Of a DNA stretch of 32,000 bases, positions 1 to 9,084 are shown piece by piece; position 1 is the stretch's first letter, and every line of letters begins with the position of its first letter. The notes under the pieces were generated by a model that was not told the origin of the DNA, made no database searches, and saw nothing but the letters and a program-made list of their open reading frames with translations. Made by a program: the position numbers and the translations under genes. The stretch comes from Microcystis aeruginosa NIES-2549. GTDB lineage: Bacteria; Cyanobacteriota; Cyanobacteriia; Cyanobacteriales; Microcystaceae. The stretch covers positions 4,200,001-4,232,000 of the forward strand of contig NZ_CP011304.1 in the NCBI RefSeq assembly GCF_000981785.2, read 5' to 3'.

Positions 1-36
1 TTTCTCCTGACTCCTGACTACTGACTACTGACTCCT
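1..36. repeat. Heptanucleotide tandem repeat (CTGACTC/CTGACTA units)
   Basis: Direct reading: ctcctgactcctgactactgactactgactcct. The reverse complement (TAGTCAG/TAGTTAG) recurs at 27342-27376. Confidence 0.8.
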
Positions 37-72
37 AATCAACTGGAATAATTTTTGATTTTTACAAGAGGT

Positions 73-390
73 CTAATGACTTAGCCATTGGGCTGTAGTC
101 ACCACAAAAATTCCGCCGGCTTTTTTTAAAAAAGGCTGAATTTTATCGATTAGACGACCGAGTTGTTCGTCACTATTACAAACCGTCATAATGTAGCTAC
201 CACTGTAATCACAATCCAAGTCATCACAGGATAAACCTCGATCACCTTTTCCCGAAGTACTGCCAAAGACGGTATAACCGGAAACTCCAACAACATCAAG
301 AACGCTTAAGGTTTCTTCCAGAAGAGCATGACTAACAATTATATCTACTTTTTTGACAGTTTGTAGGGAAGGATGCGGGGATTCAAGCAT
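73..390 (-). CDS. PII-like signal-transduction protein paired with an SbtA-family permease (SbtB-like)
   Basis: The ORF 73..414 begins with TTG. The first ATG is at 390 (MLESPHPS...). The pattern KVDIIV..LEE..L..GVSGYTV....GKGDRG, then a C-terminal GGIFVV, resembles the GlnB/PII fold. It lies immediately downstream of the SbtA-like gene on the same strand. Confidence 0.6.
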   Translation of the reverse strand: MLESPHPSLQTVKKVDIIVSHALLEETLSVLDVVGVSGYTVFGSTSGKGDRGLSCDDLDCDYSGSYIMTVCNSDEQLGRLIDKIQPFLKKAGGIFVVTTAQWLSH

Positions 391-463
391 GGTAGTTAAA
401 TAAAAAAGGGACAAGTGAAAGAGAAAACTTTTGACAGGAATTATTTAAAAACCGCCGGGCCTT

Positions 464-1444
464 TTAGACTCCGCAGCCAATAATTTTGATCATCTCTAGG
501 TAAAGAGGAATACCGATGATGATATTGAAAGGAAAAGTTAAAGCCAAGGCCATAGAAACATATAAACTAGGATTCGCTTCGGGAACAGTCATTCTCATGG
601 CCGCAGGAACAGCAATATACGAGGCACTGGCACACAAAACAGCGAATAATAAAGCATTGCCCTGTTCAAATCCGAGAACCTTAGCGATGACAATGCCCAC
701 CATAGCATTGATGACGGGAATAAATACCGAGAAACCGATGAGAAAAGGACCAGTTTTGCCTAATTCGCGAATTCTTTTCGCCGCCACTAATCCCATATCC
801 AGGAGAAAGAAAGTTAAAGCACCATAAAAAATCTCTTGGGTGAAAGGTTCTAATTTTTCCCAGCCTTTTTCCCCCGTCAGCATACCAATAATAACACTAC
901 CGACTAAGAGAAATACCGAGCCATTTAAAAAGGCTTCATGTAGAACCTTTGACCAAGAAAACGCTTCTTCTTGGCCATTTTTCTCTTGAAAGACTCGCAC
1001 CAGGATTAAACCCACTACAATCGCCGGCGATTCCATTAAAGCTAAGGCCGCTACCATGTGACCGCCATAGGAAATATGAATTTTTTCTAAAAAAGAACTG
1101 GCGGTGATGAAAGTAACGGCACTAATGGAACCATAGGCAGCGGCGATGGCCGCTGCATTGGCACTATCGAGTTTAATTTTCAGGATAAAGAAAGTGTAAA
1201 TGGGAACGATACAAGCCATAACCACAGAGGCAATCAAAGTTAAAGCGATTTGGTTATTGATGCCACTTTCCGCTAGTTCATAACCTCCCTTGAAACCAAT
1301 CGCCATCAAAAGATAGAGAGAAAAGAGTTTAGGCAGTGGTTGGGGAATCTCTAGGTCGGATTTAAAAAATACTGCCAGCATTCCCAAGAAAAAGAACAAA
1401 ACCGGCGGATTGAGAATGTTGAACAGGATTAAGCTGCCATCCAT
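464..1444 (-). CDS. SbtA-family (DUF897-type) sodium-dependent bicarbonate transporter-like permease, short 326-aa form
   Basis: Polytopic membrane protein with two-fold internal symmetry. The C-terminal segment ASASYIAVPAAMRMTVPEANPSLYVSMALALTFPFNIIIGIPLY resembles the SSDISGPPTLRAGIPSANPSAYIGSSTAIGTPIAIG region of SbtA as I recall it. It lacks the long cytosolic loop of canonical SbtA. Confidence 0.7.
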   Translation of the reverse strand: MDGSLILFNILNPPVLFFFLGMLAVFFKSDLEIPQPLPKLFSLYLLMAIGFKGGYELAESGINNQIALTLIASVVMACIVPIYTFFILKIKLDSANAAAIAAAYGSISAVTFITASSFLEKIHISYGGHMVAALALMESPAIVVGLILVRVFQEKNGQEEAFSWSKVLHEAFLNGSVFLLVGSVIIGMLTGEKGWEKLEPFTQEIFYGALTFFLLDMGLVAAKRIRELGKTGPFLIGFSVFIPVINAMVGIVIAKVLGFEQGNALLFAVLCASASYIAVPAAMRMTVPEANPSLYVSMALALTFPFNIIIGIPLYLEMIKIIGCGV

Positions 1445-2011
1445 AGGTTTGTGTACATTGAGTTATTCCAATCTATACTATTCGATTTTGAGAATACTGG
1501 GAAAATGTTAAGAACCCGATTAAAACGCTTAACGATGGCCGCCCAAAAAAATTAAGATGGACGATGTTTCAGTGATCGGTGATCAGTTATCTTGAAACCG
1601 TCAGCTTTTCTCCCCTCTCCCCCTCTACAATAATTACTCGCAGCCAGGAATCACTTGGGTTATTATCATACTTTGTGCTTTTTGTCAAAAAAACTTTTTT
1701 TTTGCAATAAAACTACACAAAAAAAAGATCATCGTTGTGGGTGAAATTGACTGATTTAACCGTCTTAATTAGGATCACCTTCTAGGTGTGGCAAGGGTTT
1801 CAACCCTTGCTGCCCAAAAAAGCACAAAATAGCCCATTATGAAATTCTATCAAATGGCTGTAACCGTGATAACATCGTTGTTAAATAAAAATCTTTCTCA
1901 ATTAATTTTTAAGAATTTGTAAATATTGCGGAATGTTAATTTAAATATTCTCAAGTTTTTGCGGTAAATAAATAATTTTTACTTATCTTTGTCGAACATT
2001 GAGTTAGAAGT

Positions 2012-2116
2012 CAGTTATCAGTTATCAGTTATCAGTTATCAGTTATCAGTTCACTGAGAAAACTCCCCACACCCCACACCCCACACCCCACACCCTCTCC
2101 CCCTCTCCCCTTCCCC
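2012..2116. repeat. Three abutting heptamer tandem arrays: (CAGTTAT)n, (CCCCACA)n, (CTCTCCC)n
   Basis: 2012-2051 holds about 5.7 copies of cagttat. 2065-2096 is ccccaca repeated. 2097-2116 is ctctccc-like. The block lies directly upstream of rimI. Confidence 0.9.
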
Positions 2117-2121
2117 GATCA

Positions 2122-2700
2122 ATGGCAAAAATCCAGCTTAAAACCCCAAAATCCGCACATCTTGCCGCCATGGTGTCCCTCGATAGCACCAGTCTCGGCG
2201 GTATTTGGACCCTATCCGGTTATGAACGGGAATTAAACAGCCCCAACAGTGAATTATTAATTCTTACCCTCGACCAGAAGGACGAAACCCTAATCGGATT
2301 GGCTTGTTTTTGGGCAATTCTCGAAGAAGCGCATATTACTCTCCTGGCAATTTATCCCGACTATCAAAGACAAGGATTAGGAAAACTGCTTCTCTACAAA
2401 CTTCTTGAAAAGGCTGTACAAAGACAACTGGAAAGGGCTACGCTAGAGGTGAGGGTGTCGAACCAGTCAGCGATCGCACTCTACGAGCATTTTGGCTTCC
2501 GCATCGCTGGAGAGCGTAAAAATTATTATCCGCAAACTGGCGAATCAGCCCTAATTTTCTGGCGCAACGATCTACAAACGGCCGCTTTTCGGGAACAATT
2601 AAACCAGTGGCGACAAGAAATCCTTTCCAGACTGGCGCGGGGAGAGTGGCAATTAGAGGAAGAAACCAGAGCCAAAATAGATATCATGGGGATGCAATGA
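2122..2700 (+). CDS. rimI: GNAT acetyltransferase, RimI-like ribosomal-protein-alanine N-acetyltransferase
   Basis: GNAT core LLAIYPDYQRQGLGKLLL (Q/RxxGxG acetyl-CoA motif), then ATLEVRVSNQSAIALYEHFGF. Size and layout are typical of RimI. Confidence 0.7.
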   Translation: MAKIQLKTPKSAHLAAMVSLDSTSLGGIWTLSGYERELNSPNSELLILTLDQKDETLIGLACFWAILEEAHITLLAIYPDYQRQGLGKLLLYKLLEKAVQRQLERATLEVRVSNQSAIALYEHFGFRIAGERKNYYPQTGESALIFWRNDLQTAAFREQLNQWRQEILSRLARGEWQLEEETRAKIDIMGMQ

Positions 2701-2738
2701 TTACTTACCAGCTTAAATCAGGTCGAGGTTAGGGAAAA

Positions 2739-3929
2739 ATGAGGATTTTAGTCTTGGCGTGGGAATTTCCACCGCGATTAGTGGGCGGTATCGCCCGTCA
2801 TGTTGCCGAACTCTATCCCGAAATCGTCAAACTCGGTCATGAAGTCCATTTAATCACGATCGAATTCGGTCAGGCCCCCAGTTACGAACTGGTGGAAGGT
2901 ATTCACATCCACCGCGTCCCCGTACTCCCCGGCAATGACTTTTTCCATTGGGTGGTCAACATGAATAACAGCATGGGGCAACAGGGCGGCAAAATAATCG
3001 CCGAATACGGAAAATTTGACCTTGTTCATGCCCACGATTGGTTAGTAGGGGATGCGGCCATCGCCTTGAAACATCTCTTTAAAATACCCCTGATTGCCAC
3101 GATTCACGCCACGGAATACGGACGTTATAACGGACTGCACACCGACACCCAACGCTATATCGCCAGCAAAGAGGGGACCCTCGTTTATAATGCTTGGCGC
3201 GTTATCGTCTGTACCAGCTATATGCGTCATGAAGTCCATCGGGCCTTGGGCGCACCCTGGGATAAAATCGATGTGGTTTATAACGGTATTCGGGCCGAGA
3301 AAAAGCAAAGAGACCCTAACTTTGATTACCAAGCTTTTCGTCGTCAATATGCTGAAGATCACGAAAAAATCGTCTATTACGTCGGGCGCATGACCTTTGA
3401 AAAGGGGGTTTCGGTGTTACTTAACGCCGCCCCAAAAGTCCTCACCCAAACCGAGGCTAAAACTAAATTTGTTATTATCGGTGGCGGCAATACCGACAAA
3501 CTCAAACAACAGGCCTGGCATCTCGGTATCTGGCATCATTGTTATTTTACGGGCTTTATGTCCGATGAAAACCTCGATCGCTTCCAAACCGTGGCCGATT
3601 GTGCCGTTTTTCCCAGTCTTTACGAACCTTTTGGTATTGTCGCCCTAGAAAGTTTCGCCGCTAGGGTTCCCGTGGTAGTTTCCGATACCTGCGGTTTTCC
3701 CGAAGTTGTCCGTCATGGACAAACGGGAATTGTCACCCGCGTCAATAATCCTGATTCCCTCGCTTGGGGCATTTTAGAGGTTTTAAATAATCCCGAATAC
3801 GCTCAAAAATTAGTTAATAACGCCTATGAAGACCTAGAAAAACGCTTTCATTGGGCGAATTTAGCCCGTCAAACCGAGACAGTATATGGTTTGGTCGTCC
3901 AAGAACGACAACTGGTGGAATGGCGTTAA
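2739..3929 (+). CDS. Family 4 (GT-B) glycosyltransferase
   Basis: N-terminal MRILVLAWEFPPRLVGGIARHV. The C-terminal EX7E-type region is PSLYEPFGIVALESFAARVPVVVSDTCGFPEVV..GQTG. Confidence 0.85.
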   Translation: MRILVLAWEFPPRLVGGIARHVAELYPEIVKLGHEVHLITIEFGQAPSYELVEGIHIHRVPVLPGNDFFHWVVNMNNSMGQQGGKIIAEYGKFDLVHAHDWLVGDAAIALKHLFKIPLIATIHATEYGRYNGLHTDTQRYIASKEGTLVYNAWRVIVCTSYMRHEVHRALGAPWDKIDVVYNGIRAEKKQRDPNFDYQAFRRQYAEDHEKIVYYVGRMTFEKGVSVLLNAAPKVLTQTEAKTKFVIIGGGNTDKLKQQAWHLGIWHHCYFTGFMSDENLDRFQTVADCAVFPSLYEPFGIVALESFAARVPVVVSDTCGFPEVVRHGQTGIVTRVNNPDSLAWGILEVLNNPEYAQKLVNNAYEDLEKRFHWANLARQTETVYGLVVQERQLVEWR

Positions 3930-4073
3930 TAGGGGATCAGTTTTTTGTCCGTCAGCCGTCAGTATTCGTTTCGCACCGGTAATTAAAGGTGATTTGCTCG
4001 GTGTTATCTCTGTTAGTGACATCCTCCATAAAGGTAACGCCGTCGAAAAGCCCCACAGTCTTGATTTAGAAGT

Positions 4074-4850
4074 ATGGATTATCAAAACTTATCAGATGAA
4101 CAATTCAAACGCCGTTTCGGTGTGTATAAACAAACATATAGAAAGATGGTAGAATCAGTAAAAAGTGTTGAAGCTGAATCTAATTCAGTATCTAAAAGGA
4201 GGCCGAAACCTAAACTATCTATAGAAGAACAAGTTTTAGTAACGTTAGAATATTGGCGAGAATATAGAACATATTTTCACATTGGTACAAGCTGGGAACT
4301 ATCAGAATCAACTATATGTCGGATTGTAAATAAGACGGAAAAAATACTTTTACAATCGGGAAACTTCCGTTTAAAAGGAAAAAAAGCTTTACTCAATCAA
4401 GCAGAGATACCGGTCGTAACGGTAATGGATGTAACGGAAACTACCATTGAACGCCCCAAAAAGAAACAGAAAGATTTTTTGGGGGGTAAAAGAGGTTATC
4501 ATACTTTAAAATCCGAATTAGTAGCTGATCAAAATACCGAGGAAATTATCTGTGTCTTTTGTGGGAAAGGTAGAGGTCATGATTTTAGTTTATTTAAAAA
4601 AAGTCGAGTCCGTTTTCATCCTTTAACTACCAGCATAGAAGACAATGGTTATCAGGGAATAGCTGCATACCATAGTAATAGTTATACACCGAAAAAGAAA
4701 CCGAAAAATAGAAACTTAACAGAGTTAGAAAAAGAGTATAACAAGGCTTTAGCCAAAGAAAGGATTATCATTGAACATATAAATAGGAAACTCAAAATCT
4801 TTAAAATCTTATCCTGTAAATATCGGAATGGGAGCATCCCAGATATGTAA
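4074..4850 (+). CDS. IS5-family-like DDE transposase, C-terminus apparently truncated after KYRN
   Basis: N-terminal HTH-like region, with DDE candidates in VMDVTE, DNGYQG and ERIIIEHINRKLKIFKIL. Relatives as I recall them continue ...YRNRRKRFGLR.NLI..IYN.EL, whereas this ORF diverges to GSIPDM-stop. Confidence 0.7.
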   Translation: MDYQNLSDEQFKRRFGVYKQTYRKMVESVKSVEAESNSVSKRRPKPKLSIEEQVLVTLEYWREYRTYFHIGTSWELSESTICRIVNKTEKILLQSGNFRLKGKKALLNQAEIPVVTVMDVTETTIERPKKKQKDFLGGKRGYHTLKSELVADQNTEEIICVFCGKGRGHDFSLFKKSRVRFHPLTTSIEDNGYQGIAAYHSNSYTPKKKPKNRNLTELEKEYNKALAKERIIIEHINRKLKIFKILSCKYRNGSIPDM

Positions 4851-4929
4851 TGAGTATAAATGCTGATGGCTAGGAAGAGGGAGATAGAGGATAATTAGCC
4901 CTAAACTAACCATACCAGATGTAGGCATC

Positions 4930-5501
4930 ATGAATGCTCAAGAAGAACTGCAATTACAAGAACATCTGCAAGCTATCGGCAAAATCCTTGTCAGAAATAC
5001 TCCTCAAGAACAGTTGAAAGACTTTGAAGCTATTGAATTGGCCGTTAGAGAACATCTGCTTACTACAGTCTCGCCGGCCATCAGCAGTATTTTTTTGCCG
5101 AAGCTACGCGAACAACGGCAGGTAGAACCCGAAAAATCAACAGTATCTTGGGAAAAGTAGAAATAACGGAACGGCAGTCCGAAAAACTAGCCCTAGAGAA
5201 AAATAGTCGCCTCAGCCCCTTTCTAGAGAAATGCTGTCTGCGGCTAGTGGCCAACGAATCCTTTGAGAATGCAGAAAAAGATATAGAAATGATGACAGGG
5301 ATAAAAGTATCGGGAAGTAGTCAACACAGATTGGTACAAAGATACGAATTTGCTCCCGTCGAGGTGAAAGGGGCAGTGACCGCTTTAAGCATTGATGGGG
5401 GCTTGTCCCTAGTTTCTCTTTTTCTTTTTAGGGCGCGTAGCGTCCTTCAGGATCTGATAACTGAAAAATCCCCTATCCCCCAAGAACTAAAGGAAAGATA
5501 A
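4930..5501 (+). pseudogene. Frameshifted, 3'-truncated transposase remnant (ISKra4-like N-terminal part)
   Basis: Two overlapping ORFs in different frames (4930..5160 and 5148..5501) read as one N-terminal transposase region (..SRLSPFLEKCCLRLVANESFENAEKDIEMMTGIKVSGSSQHRLVQR..). Protein-like sequence stops near 5405 and there is no DDE domain. The family assignment is from memory only. Confidence 0.45.
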
Positions 5502-5620
5502 AGTTATCGATCGCCCTCTGGAGCCAGTGTCAGAATAAAAGAAGGGAGATGACCAAGGAAAACCCATAACTCTCCATCTTTTTCCCGTCATCGCCCCTAA
5601 AATTTATTTGGTTCAGATTT

Positions 5621-6130
5621 ATGCAAACTGCCAATCCTCCTCAAACGGAGAAAAAAGAGCGTCCCAGTGGCGATAAACGCTTCAAAGTCCTCGACATCAC
5701 CATGAAGCGGGCAGGATATAATCAATCAGCCCTGATTGAAGTCCTGCACAAAGCTCAAGAAGCCTTTGGATTCCTAGAAGAAGATGTTCTCCTCTACGTT
5801 GCCCGGGCGCTAAAACTGCCCCTCAGTCACGTCTATGGGGTAGCAACCTTCTACCATCTCTTTTCCCTGAAACCGGCGGGAAAACACACCTGTATCATCT
5901 GTATGGGGACTGCTTGTTATGTCAAAGGCAGCGGCAAAATCCTCGAAGACATCGAAAACGCCTTTGATGTCAAAGTGGGAGAAACCACCGCCGATGGAGA
6001 AATTTCCCTAGTGTCGGCCCGTTGTATCGGGGCCTGTGGGATTGCGCCGGCTGTGGTCTTCGATGGAGTCGTGGCCCCTAAACAAGATTCGCAAACTGTC
6101 TTAGCAAAACTAAAGAGTTTCTCCCAGTAA
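5621..6130 (+). CDS. hoxE: Bidirectional NiFe-hydrogenase diaphorase subunit HoxE (NuoE-like 2Fe-2S)
   Basis: NuoE-type motifs CIICMGTAC and [11 protein letters not shown]. Lies immediately upstream of hoxF. Confidence 0.9.
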   Translation: MQTANPPQTEKKERPSGDKRFKVLDITMKRAGYNQSALIEVLHKAQEAFGFLEEDVLLYVARALKLPLSHVYGVATFYHLFSLKPAGKHTCIICMGTACYVKGSGKILEDIENAFDVKVGETTADGEISLVSARCIGACGIAPAVVFDGVVAPKQDSQTVLAKLKSFSQ

Positions 6131-6158
6131 TTTTTCACTCTAGTGGATTGAGAAAAAT

Positions 6159-7766
6159 ATGGACTTACAAGAATTGTTGGCAGTGGCCGAAAAAGAAAAA
6201 GCTAGACAAAAAAGCATCCGCGTGCATTGTTGCACTTCCACCGGTTGCCAAGCTGCTAACTCCCTCCAAATCGAAAAAAACCTCGCCACTGCCGTCAAAG
6301 AGGCACACCTAGAGGATACAGTCGAAGTGGTCGGGGTCGGTTGTATGGGTTTTTGTGGTCGCGGTCCGTTGGTGGAAGTGGATCCCCAGGATCTCCTATA
6401 CGAAGAAGTCACCCCAGAAAGTGCGGCCAGCATTATTGCAGCCTTAAACGGCGGCAAAACCGAGGTGCAATTAGGGGACTCAAAACATCCCTTTTTCTCC
6501 CATCAAGTCAAAATTGTCCGGGAAAATAGCGGTAAAATAGATCCCGATCGCATTGAGGAATATATCGCCGTCGGTGGCTATCAATCTCTCTACAAGGCCC
6601 TCTACGAGATGACTCCGGCCCAGGTGGTGGAGGAAATCAGCAAAAGCGGTTTGCGCGGCCGGGGCGGTGCGGGTTATCCCACTGGTTTAAAATGGGCGAC
6701 GGTGGCTAAACAACCGGGTAAACAAAAATACGTTATCTGTAATGCCGATGAAGGGGATCCCGGGGCGTTTATGGACCGCAGCGTCTTAGAAAGTGACCCC
6801 CATTTAGTCCTGGAAGGAATGGCGATCGCTGCCTATGCCGTGGGGGCCGATCATGGTTATATCTATATTAGAGCCGAATATCCCCTAGCGATCGATCGTC
6901 TGCAAAAAGCGATTAATCAGGCCAAAAAATTCGGTTTAATGGGTTCCCAAGTCTTCGAGTCCACTTTCGATTTTAAGCTGGATATCCGCATCGGGGCGGG
7001 GGCTTTTGTCTGTGGAGAGGAAACCGCTCTCATCCATTCTATCGAAGGCGGCCGCGGCACTCCCCGCACCCGTCCCCCCTATCCGGCCCAATCGGGCCTC
7101 GATGGTTGTCCCACCCTGATTAATAACGTGGAGTCCTACGCTAATATCGCCGCTATTATCCGCGAGGGGGCCGCTTGGTATGCCAATATCGGTACTGCCA
7201 GCAGTAAAGGCACAAAAATCTTCGCTTTAACGGGAAAAATCCGCAATAATGGGCTGATTGAAGTGCCGATGGGTATTACTCTCCGGGAAATTGTCGAGGA
7301 GATGGGGGGTGGTATTCCCGATGGTCAGGTGAAAGCGGTACAAACCGGCGGCCCCTCCGGGGGTTGTATTCCCGCTAATTTACTCGATACTCCCGTGGAT
7401 TACGAATCCTTAGCCAAACTCGGTTCGATGATGGGATCTGGGGGTATGGTGGTTATGGATGATACCACCAGCATGGTGGAAGTGGCGAAATTCTATATGG
7501 AATTCTGTCGCGAGGAGTCCTGTGGTAAATGTATCCCCTGTCGCACGGGAACAGTACAAATGTTTGAATTATTGGCCAAAATTATCGATCGAAAGGCCGA
7601 TATTCACGACCTCGAAAACCTAGAACATCTCTGTCAAATGGTTAAAGAAACCAGTCTTTGCGGTCTTGGTCAAAGCGCCCCCAATCCGATTTTAAGTACC
7701 CTAAAGTATTTTAAGGAGGAATATCTGGCTCTGTTACAGGAAATCAAGCACCCCGTCTCTGTTTGA
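6159..7766 (+). CDS. hoxF: Bidirectional NiFe-hydrogenase diaphorase subunit HoxF (NuoF-like, FMN/NAD-binding)
   Basis: N-terminal thioredoxin-like 2Fe-2S domain ([18 protein letters not shown]). FMN/NADH motifs [13 protein letters not shown] and [12 protein letters not shown]. 4Fe-4S motif [12 protein letters not shown]...CGLG. Confidence 0.95.
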   Translation: MDLQELLAVAEKEKARQKSIRVHCCTSTGCQAANSLQIEKNLATAVKEAHLEDTVEVVGVGCMGFCGRGPLVEVDPQDLLYEEVTPESAASIIAALNGGKTEVQLGDSKHPFFSHQVKIVRENSGKIDPDRIEEYIAVGGYQSLYKALYEMTPAQVVEEISKSGLRGRGGAGYPTGLKWATVAKQPGKQKYVICNADEGDPGAFMDRSVLESDPHLVLEGMAIAAYAVGADHGYIYIRAEYPLAIDRLQKAINQAKKFGLMGSQVFESTFDFKLDIRIGAGAFVCGEETALIHSIEGGRGTPRTRPPYPAQSGLDGCPTLINNVESYANIAAIIREGAAWYANIGTASSKGTKIFALTGKIRNNGLIEVPMGITLREIVEEMGGGIPDGQVKAVQTGGPSGGCIPANLLDTPVDYESLAKLGSMMGSGGMVVMDDTTSMVEVAKFYMEFCREESCGKCIPCRTGTVQMFELLAKIIDRKADIHDLENLEHLCQMVKETSLCGLGQSAPNPILSTLKYFKEEYLALLQEIKHPVSV

Positions 7767-7950
7767 GATTGACATCCTCACCGCCGGGGCCGGACGGTGA
7801 TGACCGGCAGATCAAACAAACTTAATTGAACGATCTTCGGATGGGTTGACGCTTCACAGGATGATGCTACCTTATCGGTAGTCTTACACTTTCCTCCACG
7901 TCCGTTTTTTGAGGTCTCCGATTGCCCACCGGCGACCTTGATATTAATTG
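7767..7950 (-). ncRNA. Predicted omega-RNA (reRNA) scaffold overlapping the tnpB 3' end and right end
   Basis: By analogy with characterised TnpB systems, the guide RNA derives from the tnpB 3' end plus the right end. The region contains the strong hairpin tcaccgccggggccggacggtga. The extent is not determined. Confidence 0.35.
7778..7800. other. GC-rich hairpin (candidate IS right-end subterminal palindrome)
   Basis: In tcaccgccggggccggacggtga, the outer stem TCACCG/CGGTGA encloses an inner CCGG/CCGG pairing. The tnpB stop codon (7778-7780) lies in the stem. Confidence 0.6.
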
Positions 7951-9022
7951 CAGCGTTTACATCCCTATCATGAAAAGTCCCACAGAAAAGACATTCCCAC
8001 TCACGGATATTTAACGCTTTTTTTCCGCCAATATTCCCACAACAGGAACACCTTTGAGACGTTGGCTCCCATCGGAAAATTATCCGAAAATCACGACCAT
8101 ATTTATCAGATTTTGCTGATAGCATATCTCGGAAAGAACGCCATCCTAAGTCTGATATGGCACGGGATAACTTACGATTTTTAACCATTCCCGATGTGTT
8201 TAAATCCTCTAAAATTATCGTTTGATTTTCACGAACAACTCTAGTGGATAGTTTATGCAAGAAATCAGTACGAGTGTCCTTAATCTTTGCGTGGATTTTA
8301 GCTACTCGTTTCCTAGCTTTTTCCCGTCGTTTACTTCCTTTCTGTTTTCTAGAAAGGTTTTTCTGTGCCTTTCTTAGTCGTTTTAATCGTTTCTTTAACG
8401 GTTTAGGAGCGTCTATCTTTTCCCCTGTTGAGAGGGTAGCAAAGGTAGCAATCCCTAGATCAATTCCCACTGACTCCCCATTATTAGGAAGTATTTCGGG
8501 CTGAACCTCGACGACAAAACTAAGAAAATAGCGATCCGCCGCGTCTTTAATCACGGTGACACTAGAAGGTTTAGAAGGTAATGGACGACTCCAAACGATT
8601 CTTAAATCACCGATTTTGGCTAAAGTAACGTGATATTGATTGATGGTAAAACCATTGTCAGTAAATCTTGCCGATTGTTTAGATTTACGTTTTTTAAACT
8701 TGGGAGGTTTGACTTTCTTTCCTTTTCTCTCTCCCTTGCAAGATGCAAAAAAGTTAGAATAGGCTGTCTCTAAGTCTCTCAAAGACTGTTGTAAAGGGAT
8801 AGAAGAAACCTCGGTCAGCCAGACTTTTTCTGTCGTCTTTTTAATTTGAGTTAGTCTTTTAGATAACTCGGTATATTTTGGCTTTTTCTCTCCTTGTCGA
8901 CAGAGTTCTTGACAGTAAGCTAAGGTATCGTTCCAGACAACGCGCACACACCCGAACAATTGAGACAAAAGCCTCTTTTGTTGGTCTGTTGGGTAAATAC
9001 GGTATTGATACCTTGCTTTCAT
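7778..9022 (-). CDS. tnpB: TnpB (OrfB_IS605) RNA-guided endonuclease, catalytic residues intact
   Basis: RuvC-I is VGIDLGIATF, RuvC-II is IILEDLN, and RuvC-III is HDRDVNAAINI. The zinc ribbon is CSCCGN...CLFCGTFHDRD. The N-terminal MKARYQYRIYPTDQQK is typical of the family. Confidence 0.9.
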   Translation of the reverse strand: MKARYQYRIYPTDQQKRLLSQLFGCVRVVWNDTLAYCQELCRQGEKKPKYTELSKRLTQIKKTTEKVWLTEVSSIPLQQSLRDLETAYSNFFASCKGERKGKKVKPPKFKKRKSKQSARFTDNGFTINQYHVTLAKIGDLRIVWSRPLPSKPSSVTVIKDAADRYFLSFVVEVQPEILPNNGESVGIDLGIATFATLSTGEKIDAPKPLKKRLKRLRKAQKNLSRKQKGSKRREKARKRVAKIHAKIKDTRTDFLHKLSTRVVRENQTIILEDLNTSGMVKNRKLSRAISDLGWRSFRDMLSAKSDKYGRDFRIIFRWEPTSQRCSCCGNIGGKKALNIREWECLFCGTFHDRDVNAAINIKVAGGQSETSKNGRGGKCKTTDKVASSCEASTHPKIVQLSLFDLPVITVRPRR

Positions 9023-9084
9023 TGGGTTAAGATATGTGTGTCTGTATTTATTTTAACTAGGTCTGTCAATAATGCCAAGTCGGT

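Noticed and set aside
516-827. A + strand 103-aa ORF lies inside the SbtA-like gene. Many similar antisense or out-of-frame ORFs occur at 2850-3648, 3861-4152, 5917-6529, 7948-8504, 10415-11291, 13110-13319, 15583-15783, 16510-18154, 22360-23587, 26110-26848, 27975-28241 and 29492-30493.
   Set aside because: They are fully embedded in, or overlap, ORFs with strong family signatures. They have low-complexity or Arg/Pro/Ser-rich translations typical of off-frame reading, and no motifs.
2012-2116. Regular short repeats (here and at 9085-9325, 11522-11598, 18536-18691, 23441-23471 and 27112-27376) could be mistaken for CRISPR arrays.
   Set aside because: The units are 7 bp (one is 14 bp) and directly abut each other with no unique spacers. 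There are no cas genes in the window. They are STRR-type heptamer tandem repeats.
5402-5620. The tail of ORF 5148..5501 and the hoxE upstream region, considered as possible coding sequence or the missing 3' end of the IS5-like transposase.
   Set aside because: Translation after about 5405 is low-complexity (LSLVSLFLFRARS...) and does not encode the expected ...RRKRFGLR.NLI... transposase tail in the frame I read. I treat it as non-coding remnant plus the hoxE promoter region.
7778-9022. The TnpB homolog might be a nuclease-dead TldR-type repressor domesticated next to hoxF.
   Set aside because: All three RuvC acidic residues (GIDLG, LEDLN, DRDVNAAINI) and both CxxC pairs are present. It therefore reads as an ordinary active-type TnpB.
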